NCBI RefSeq assembly: GCF_000009705.1
Contig: NC_003272.1
Coordinates: 3,270,001-3,302,000, forward strand
Direction: 5' to 3'
Length of the DNA stretch: 32,000 nt
Source of the DNA: Nostoc sp. PCC 7120 = FACHB-418
GTDB lineage: Bacteria; Cyanobacteriota; Cyanobacteriia; Cyanobacteriales; Nostocaceae
In this document: in pieces, positions 25,749 through 32,000 of the stretch
Numbering within the stretch: position 1 is the first letter of the stretch
Layout of the letters: each line of letters opens with the position of its first letter
Program-made: the position numbers and the translations under genes
Notes under the pieces: generated by a model
Database searches by the model: none
Told to the model about the DNA's origin: nothing
Seen by the model: the letters and a program-made list of their open reading frames with translations, nothing else

Positions 25749-26561
25749 TTATTGGTTGAACTGTTGTACTGCTTGCTGGACAACTTCTAGCGGTAAATCT
25801 AATAATTGAGCGATCGCTTCTACACTCAACCCAAACTGTACCATACGAGGTATCGTTTCTAACTTAGCTTCCTGTTTACCTTCCTGTTTACCTTCCTGTT
25901 TCCCTTCTTCTAAAGCTTCTTGATAAACTCGGCTTTGTTTCAGTTCATTTAAACCCAACATAGCTTCTATCTCCTCGCGGCTTTTTTGCGGTAATTTGTA
26001 GACGATAATTGTCTCAATTAAGTTGATGAGGTCACGTTTAGCGGTTACATCCGTTAGCTGCTGCTTTGCTTGTGCTATCAACTGTCTTGCTAATACTGGT
26101 GCAGTTTCTTCAGTTTCAATTACTAGCTTAACAACTCCAACGCCCAAGGAAGTTTCTGCTACTTCTCCTAGCTCATCTAAGTAAATGCGTTTGACTCTGT
26201 TGAGTACAAGAATTTCATCAAAATGTATAGTCTGCTGTCTTTCGATACCGCGACTAGGATAAATTACCACCACTTGCCAAGGATAGGGAGGTTTGTATTG
26301 TTTTAAGTAGAGGAATAATTCTGCAAACAAACGGTAGTAAAAATCATCATCTGGTTGAAATTGGACTTCAACTATATAAAATGGTTTAGTAGAGTCGTTA
26401 ATTTTTGGGAGAAACAAGCCATCCAGACGAAAAGCCAATTGTTTAACTTCGCGCGAGGTAAATTCGTAGATACTTGCTTCTTGTGGAGACTGGTTAATCA
26501 GTTCAAAGAAGATGTGGGGAAATTCTTGAAATAGACTGTAGAAGATTGTGTCAGTTTTCAC
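25749..26561 (-). CDS. Rpn-family recombination-promoting nuclease / putative transposase-like protein (DUF2887 + DUF4351-like)
   Basis: The N-terminus KTDTIFYSLFQEFPHIFFELI...REVKQLAFRLDGLFLP...YIVEVQFQPDDDFYYRLF is typical of the abundant cyanobacterial PD-(D/E)XK Rpn/YhgA-like family. Confidence 0.65.
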   Translation of the reverse strand: MKTDTIFYSLFQEFPHIFFELINQSPQEASIYEFTSREVKQLAFRLDGLFLPKINDSTKPFYIVEVQFQPDDDFYYRLFAELFLYLKQYKPPYPWQVVVIYPSRGIERQQTIHFDEILVLNRVKRIYLDELGEVAETSLGVGVVKLVIETEETAPVLARQLIAQAKQQLTDVTAKRDLINLIETIIVYKLPQKSREEIEAMLGLNELKQSRVYQEALEEGKQEGKQEGKQEAKLETIPRMVQFGLSVEAIAQLLDLPLEVVQQAVQQFNQ

Positions 26562-26571
26562 GATTCAAGAC

Positions 26572-27504
26572 TTAATTTGAGTTCTTATAAATCAAAAATA
26601 CCGAACCAATAGGGCCGGGATTTTCTACATAAATTTTCTTGTTGTAATACAATCCGGGTGACATCCCACCATCAAATAAAATTCCCTCTTGAATCTTCCC
26701 TAAACAGTTCTGGCGGGAAATACCTTCTAAAACATCATCAAATTTATCTGGTGTTAATTCTTGATTATTTGAATTTATTTCAATATTAGAGTTAGCTTTT
26801 ATATCATTTACTAATAAAATGACATAGCCTTTATTGGTAATAGCTGCCATAGAACGATTTGTAGATTGCTTACAGGCGAATTCACCTAAATCTTGACAAA
26901 TATCTTTAAATTTACCCTGGCGATAAAATCTCCCGTTACCCCCTACTAAGTTGTAATTCAATATATTAATCTCTCTCCTTCCCGCTTGAATTGTCGCTTT
27001 CCGTTCCTGTGGTTTACCGCCAGAAATGCCAAAGGAAGAACGTTTATTCTTAAAATCTCCTGAATACTCTACTCCACGAGAAATATTTAACCCTTGGGGT
27101 TTATTTTCAGGATCTATATAGTCGGCGTTAATTGCGGCTATTGGTCTTCGGCCATTTAATGTAGAGTTGCTATCAGAAATTAGTTCGTTAAATTGTTTTG
27201 GGATATATTCTCGGCGAATTTTCCCTCTAGCATCTTTTGTATATAACTGATGAGATAAACCAAGATTAACTTTAAAATCTAAGTTTGCTGATCTGGGATT
27301 AAAAATAATTACATGATTAATGCCTTTAGCAAATTTTTCACCACGATTATTTGTCTGAAAAAATTCCATACTAAATTGAGCATTTTCTCCAGGACAAACT
27401 TTGGCAGCTTTTGGTGCTGAACTAGCATCGATTTTTTTACAACCAGACAATAAGCTGACAGCACCGATAAATACAGATAAAGCAATGAGTTTTTGGAGAT
27501 ACAT
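26572..27504 (-). CDS. Lipoprotein, phosphodiester glycosidase (DUF2233)-like (tentative)
   Basis: It has a signal peptide with the lipobox LLSGC. The segments AAINADYIDPENKPQGLNISRGVEYSG and SFGISGG resemble DUF2233. Confidence 0.5.
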   Translation of the reverse strand: MYLQKLIALSVFIGAVSLLSGCKKIDASSAPKAAKVCPGENAQFSMEFFQTNNRGEKFAKGINHVIIFNPRSANLDFKVNLGLSHQLYTKDARGKIRREYIPKQFNELISDSNSTLNGRRPIAAINADYIDPENKPQGLNISRGVEYSGDFKNKRSSFGISGGKPQERKATIQAGRREINILNYNLVGGNGRFYRQGKFKDICQDLGEFACKQSTNRSMAAITNKGYVILLVNDIKANSNIEINSNNQELTPDKFDDVLEGISRQNCLGKIQEGILFDGGMSPGLYYNKKIYVENPGPIGSVFLIYKNSN

Positions 27505-27540
27505 ATAAAATAAAAATCCGCTACAGCATGACTATAGCGG
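27505..27540 (-). terminator. Possible rho-independent terminator after the DUF4912 gene
   Basis: On the minus strand the hairpin CCGCTATAG-tcatg-CTGTAGCGG (one internal mismatch) is followed by ATTTTTATTTTAT. Confidence 0.4.
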
Positions 27541-27635
27541 TTAATAATTCAAAATTTCAATTGTGAGTAAACAGACTTTAAAGGCTTGATATCATTATCA
27601 ATTTAAAATTATTCCGCCTTTTGTGTCCTAATTTC

Positions 27636-28886
27636 TTAAGCCAGCCACTCTACAACAGCTTCTTCTTTGGTGTTGGTGTTACGAGATGGGGTTTCACGGT
27701 TAAACTTCATGTGAATTGAGCGTGTTTGCTCACCATCAGCCGCCACAGCCAGGATAGGATAGTCGATTAAGCCATCTTGGAAAGACATCTGGAAGCGGAA
27801 TGTACCATCTGGATTCAGTTTGATGGGACGACCGCCAATTGTCACGGTAGCATCGGGTTCTGTTGCACCGTAGACAATCAACTCAGCATCAGCAATTAAC
27901 CAGAACTGGCGAGGACGTACTGGGATAGCGGAGGCGGAGAAGCCGACACCAGACATTCCCACGCCGGACATATTTAAGCCCGATGTGGTGGGAACTGCCC
28001 ACATACCTACACCAGAGGGGAAGATATAAGAACTGATAGCTTGTTCGGGACGCACGGAACCAGCAACGTGTTGTTGAGAACCGAACAGAGAACCTGCAAC
28101 CCGTTGGGCTTCGGCTGATTCTGCCAAGCCAAAGATGTGGTCGTAGATGGGGTTGCTGCCATTTGCACCAGCAGCCACAGTAGGTGCTTTCTTCGCTGGG
28201 GGAACTAATTCGTACAGTGTCTTACCGCGTAGGTCTTCTTCAAAGTTGACGCTGATGAACACATCTTCAATCCAGTCAGAAGGATAGACTGGGGGAATGT
28301 GGACGCGAGCGGAACGAGCTAAGACTAACCAACGACCATCTACTGCACGATAACCGATATCGAGTACATAATCGCGATCGCTCACGGGAATAGGAAGGTA
28401 CCATTCTCTTGCTAGTTCATCCGCAGGATATTCTTGGATACTGTGGGGGCTTTGGTACTCCAGATTAACATCAGTAACGTCGTAAATCCGCAGGGCTAGT
28501 TGTTGCCCCCCTTGGCGGCGCAATTCTTCTTTATGATCGTTAGGAATATCCCAGTAAGCATAAGCCCACTGAGGATCGCGTGGTAGAAGGACAATCCGGC
28601 TGTCACCGTAACCACCAGGTAGGTCTGCTAGTCCTTCATCAACATCAGCCAGAGAGCCACCAGTACGATCTTCTTGTCCTAATTCAAATTTCGCGGCTTC
28701 CACGGTTTCCTGTGCCTCCAGTGAACGAGATGGGTTAAGCAAAGCTTTATTTCGCTGGACTTCTTGAATTGCTGCCAGCAGTTGTGATTTACGCATTCGG
28801 CTGTAGCGAGAGATGCTGAATTCGCTGGCAACTCTTCGTAGTTGCCTTAATGTCATCTCTTCTAGCGGTGGGCGTTCTTTCGCCAT
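27636..28886 (-). CDS. Rho_N-domain / DUF4912-domain protein
   Basis: The N-terminus LEEMTLRQLRRVASEFSISRYSRMRKSQLLAAIQ is a Rho termination factor N-terminal-like motif. It is followed by DPQWAYAYWDIP, which is typical of DUF4912. Confidence 0.65.
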   Translation of the reverse strand: MAKERPPLEEMTLRQLRRVASEFSISRYSRMRKSQLLAAIQEVQRNKALLNPSRSLEAQETVEAAKFELGQEDRTGGSLADVDEGLADLPGGYGDSRIVLLPRDPQWAYAYWDIPNDHKEELRRQGGQQLALRIYDVTDVNLEYQSPHSIQEYPADELAREWYLPIPVSDRDYVLDIGYRAVDGRWLVLARSARVHIPPVYPSDWIEDVFISVNFEEDLRGKTLYELVPPAKKAPTVAAGANGSNPIYDHIFGLAESAEAQRVAGSLFGSQQHVAGSVRPEQAISSYIFPSGVGMWAVPTTSGLNMSGVGMSGVGFSASAIPVRPRQFWLIADAELIVYGATEPDATVTIGGRPIKLNPDGTFRFQMSFQDGLIDYPILAVAADGEQTRSIHMKFNRETPSRNTNTKEEAVVEWLA

Positions 28887-29274
28887 GTGTTTGGCCTCCA
28901 GTAGTTTGAAAGGTAAATGATTTCCCCTGGTTATAGAATGCTTGATAAAAGATCATCCTTTCCAGATGAATTTCTTATTCCTGACTCCTGGTTTTGCTAA
29001 GTGTGTGTTTTTAGTCTTTTGTTAAAAGAGGGGACACTCCCTTTCAACTCCTTATTCGTGCCAAAATCAGCACTTTAGGATTGGAGGAGTCAATTTATTA
29101 AGTTTGTTAACTAAATATTAACTACTTCTTGGTCGGGATCAAGGGGTGTCAACAGGCTTTTTTACCTAATTTACGAACTTATTACCTCTGAGGGGATCAT
29201 ATTGTCATGAAATCTTGATATTGATATTGGTGATCCCCTGATTTATGTGAAAATTTCATGACAATGCGCTGGAC

Positions 29275-30264
29275 TCACCCAAAAACTTGAATCCACAAGG
29301 GCAGGATCAGCAGTAATAGAAGAGTTGAGAGAATGATGCTACTGGCGATTAAATCACGGTTGAGGTTGTACTCCTCTGCCAAAATTAGACCAGCGAAGGC
29401 TGAGGGCATCCCCGACATTAAAACCATTGCTAAACGGCGATCGCCTGACAACCCCAAAAACACAGTTGTAACTAAACCTACTAGTAAGGGTGTAATCACA
29501 ACCCTCAACACGGTGGGGATCAGCGCCAGTTGGAAACTTTGCCATCTTTGTAGTTGAGCCAAGCGAATACCAGTCAAGAGAAAAGCGCAAGCAATAACAA
29601 TATCAACAGAACCTTGTAATCCTGATTCCACAACTTCCGGTAACTTTATTGGTTGGGTGAGAGTCCCAATGAGAAACGCCCATAGAGGGGGTACAGTCAA
29701 CAGATCCCAAAGCTGCATCCACCAGCGATTTGTAGACTTGGTATGGCTGAAGTAGCTGGCGATTAATACACCTACACCGTAGGGGCCGATCACATTGTGG
29801 GTAATACTGAAGAGAACAACCCAGTTGAGACTATCAACGTGGATTAAAGATGGTGCGATCACCAAACCCACAAAACCAGTATTTCCTAAAACAGCCGCCA
29901 GCAGAAAACTACCTTTAGTAGAAGAGTCCAGCCAAGGATGAGAAACAGACTCACTCAAGTCAGGCTTAAACAAACGAGGTGAGATTTGTTGCCATCCCCA
30001 CCACACCACCAATGCAGCTACTAAACCCAGCAGCAATGCCAAGAAGGTAATTAATGATGCTAGTATGGGAGTACTCCCAGCACCACTAAGTTCATTCTGA
30101 CTGCCTTTACGAGCCAGTGCCACCAGTTCCAACGGTACTCCTACCCAGTAAAGACCACGACCTAAAAATTGCGGTAACCATGTAGGTAAAAATCTAAATA
30201 TTAATAAACCCAAACTTATCCACAGAATCAGGGGTGTATAAGCCTGAAACAAAGTTTCTGTCAT
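29275..30264 (-). CDS. AEC (auxin efflux carrier)-family membrane transporter
   Basis: The 329-aa product is highly hydrophobic, with about 10 predicted TM segments in two halves. The sequence character matches the Mem_trans/AEC family. Confidence 0.7.
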   Translation of the reverse strand: MTETLFQAYTPLILWISLGLLIFRFLPTWLPQFLGRGLYWVGVPLELVALARKGSQNELSGAGSTPILASLITFLALLLGLVAALVVWWGWQQISPRLFKPDLSESVSHPWLDSSTKGSFLLAAVLGNTGFVGLVIAPSLIHVDSLNWVVLFSITHNVIGPYGVGVLIASYFSHTKSTNRWWMQLWDLLTVPPLWAFLIGTLTQPIKLPEVVESGLQGSVDIVIACAFLLTGIRLAQLQRWQSFQLALIPTVLRVVITPLLVGLVTTVFLGLSGDRRLAMVLMSGMPSAFAGLILAEEYNLNRDLIASSIILSTLLLLLILPLWIQVFG

Positions 30265-30429
30265 GAATCATCATAGGGATTAAGCAGTGTCATTAGTCTC
30301 AAGTACGCGTCTTGGGTCAACTCAAAACGCCAAAACCCAGATAAATCTGACTTTCTTCATTCCGAATTACCAATTGTCGCTAGAGACAGACAACTTGAGT
30401 TTAGTTGATTTAGATATAAAAATTCATAC

Positions 30430-32000
30430 TTAATTTATAGCGGCTGACATCCTCTGAATCCGCCAAATATCATCTTGTCGAATCAATTCATAGCGTACAC
30501 GTAATCTTTCGTCAGAAGACTTCCCTTTTTGCCCATTCTCATAAAATTGGGTTAACTCTCTGACTGTAGCCCCCACACTTGCACGATTGGGATCTATGTC
30601 AGATTTACTGATGGAGTCTACCTTGACACTATGACTGTATTCTCGATGACGATTGTCTGCTTTATCTTGCAAGGCAATTAGCCGCCATTGAGATAACGCT
30701 GAACCAGTTAAAATCTCGTTTAAACTCTCAATTTTATGTTCAGCGCCTAAAGCACTAGCTTTGGTAGCCAACCAATTTTCAATTATTTTCCTTGCCGTTT
30801 CTTCTGTGAGACTCACCTCTGGGGATTGTATCTGGGCATTTTTGTCAGGAATCTCTAAAGGTGGTTGACTAATCTGAATCGATAATTGCTCACCTTGTAA
30901 AGATGGTGCTGGGAAGAATACATTCTTTAACCACCCAAAAGTCGTTGAGACTATCAGCCAGAACAATAATATCCCACCCAAAGAACCCAAAACTATCCAA
31001 AGTAATCTTGTTTTCCGGCCTAGAGTGCTAGGTGAGGGTTGGCGTTGCTGATGAATACTGTGTCCTCTGTTGACAACTGCCTGTGGCTTCTTGCGTCTCC
31101 TGCGTTTAGGAGTTTGCCGTGGAGGGGTCGATTGGGTATAACCACTTACCCCCGGCTGAACAGGTCTGCTGGCGCGTTCTACAGGGATCTCTGGTGGATA
31201 ATTGTCAGTGTAAGCATCTGTGGTCGATATATTTTCTCTAGCAGTTGTAAAATTTGAAGACTCTGGTCTTCTGTGGTTTGATGTTTCTGGTAATTCGGGA
31301 TCAGGGGTTCTGTTTTGATGAAACTGCCGATTTACTTCTGATGGATGACTACGTTGGGGAACTGGTCTTGTGGACGCTTCTCCTGGCCTGTTCGCCTTCC
31401 CTACGGGACGTTTGGCGACTGGCGTTCCTCCAGAGTAAGAATTGCCCCTGGGTTGAGAAAACGATTGGCGGTTAATTACAGCCCATTCATTAGTGGTTTC
31501 CGCGTCGTTGGGCAAGGCTTCTAAATACGCTTGTACTTGTTGATTAGCAAAGTAATCTTTCAGGGAAGCTTGCTGTCTGGACAAATCGCGGAAATGGGGG
31601 AAAACTTCATTTTGCAGCCATTGTTCGGCATATAAGCACAAACCTGGCAGTAAATCGGGTGAATCTTGAGATTTTTCTCGAATTAAGGCTAAAGCTTCGT
31701 ATTCTTGGCTCAGTTCTAAAACTCGCGTGGCTTCTTCAGTTTGCCCTAGTAATAGCGCACACAGGGACTGCTCTAAATGCACATCTTGCCGCTTAGACAA
31801 ACGCATCAGAATTTGCTTGGCATGACGAATTAAAGCGGGCTGGCGTTGGGTGAATCCTCTGGCGATGGAAGCATAAACAGCTAAGTATGTAGCCACAGCC
31901 GAAGGGCGTTTGCTTTCACCATCAAACAACTTATGTTGTTCAGCCACTGTTAAGTGGTGGCGTAATTGCTGGATGAATCGGAGGAAGTCATCAATGTTTA
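30430..32000 (-). CDS. ftn2: Cell-division protein Ftn2/ZipN (ARC6 family), 5'-partial
   Basis: The frame stays open to the window end (upstream residues NIDDFLRFIQQLRHHLT), so the J-domain part lies outside. The visible part has a Pro-rich linker, the single TM LLWIVLGSLGGILLFWLIVSTTF, and a C-terminal DUF4101-like domain IIENWLATKASALG...RVRYELIRQDDIWRIQ. Confidence 0.7.
   Translation of the reverse strand, partial: NIDDFLRFIQQLRHHLTVAEQHKLFDGESKRPSAVATYLAVYASIARGFTQRQPALIRHAKQILMRLSKRQDVHLEQSLCALLLGQTEEATRVLELSQEYEALALIREKSQDSPDLLPGLCLYAEQWLQNEVFPHFRDLSRQQASLKDYFANQQVQAYLEALPNDAETTNEWAVINRQSFSQPRGNSYSGGTPVAKRPVGKANRPGEASTRPVPQRSHPSEVNRQFHQNRTPDPELPETSNHRRPESSNFTTARENISTTDAYTDNYPPEIPVERASRPVQPGVSGYTQSTPPRQTPKRRRRKKPQAVVNRGHSIHQQRQPSPSTLGRKTRLLWIVLGSLGGILLFWLIVSTTFGWLKNVFFPAPSLQGEQLSIQISQPPLEIPDKNAQIQSPEVSLTEETARKIIENWLATKASALGAEHKIESLNEILTGSALSQWRLIALQDKADNRHREYSHSVKVDSISKSDIDPNRASVGATVRELTQFYENGQKGKSSDERLRVRYELIRQDDIWRIQRMSAAIN

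Overview
This is a cyanobacterial chromosomal window, Nostocales-like, with many HIP1 GCGATCGC palindromes. Ordinary core genes flank a ~15.1 kb island at about 4959-20103. On the left are a 5'-partial STAND-ATPase/GAF/PAS histidine kinase and tRNA-Ala(GGC). On the right are a multi-GAF cyanobacteriochrome-type histidine kinase, an ArsA/GET3-like ATPase, several conserved hypotheticals, an AEC transporter and the 3' part of ftn2/zipN. The island starts 2 bp after the tRNA-Ala 3' end. I read it as a decayed type V-K CRISPR-associated transposon (CAST). It has a TGTACA terminus and three 24-bp TnsB-site-like repeats next to the tRNA. Inverted copies of the same TTGTCCAA core lie at the far boundary. 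It carries an apparently intact cas12k (RuvC motif I has Ser in place of Asp) and a divergent 54-aa ribbon-helix-helix gene with GGCAATGTTT operator-like repeats. A tracrRNA-like gene is split by an IS5-family insertion flanked by a TTA duplication. No tnsB, tnsC, tniQ or CRISPR array is present. Two near-identical IS982-family copies without target duplications bracket the segment from hsdR' to the tracrRNA, which suggests IS-mediated deletion. Cargo includes a decaying type I R-M system (hsdR truncated by the IS, hsdM with an in-frame TAA, hsdS intact) with an embedded vapBC pair. It also includes an AT-rich, HIP1-free three-gene cassette: two DNPH1/nucleoside-deoxyribosyltransferase-fold paralogs and an unknown gene cut by an ISL3 element. 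All family assignments come from reading motifs by eye and from recollection of published sequences. None has been confirmed by a search.
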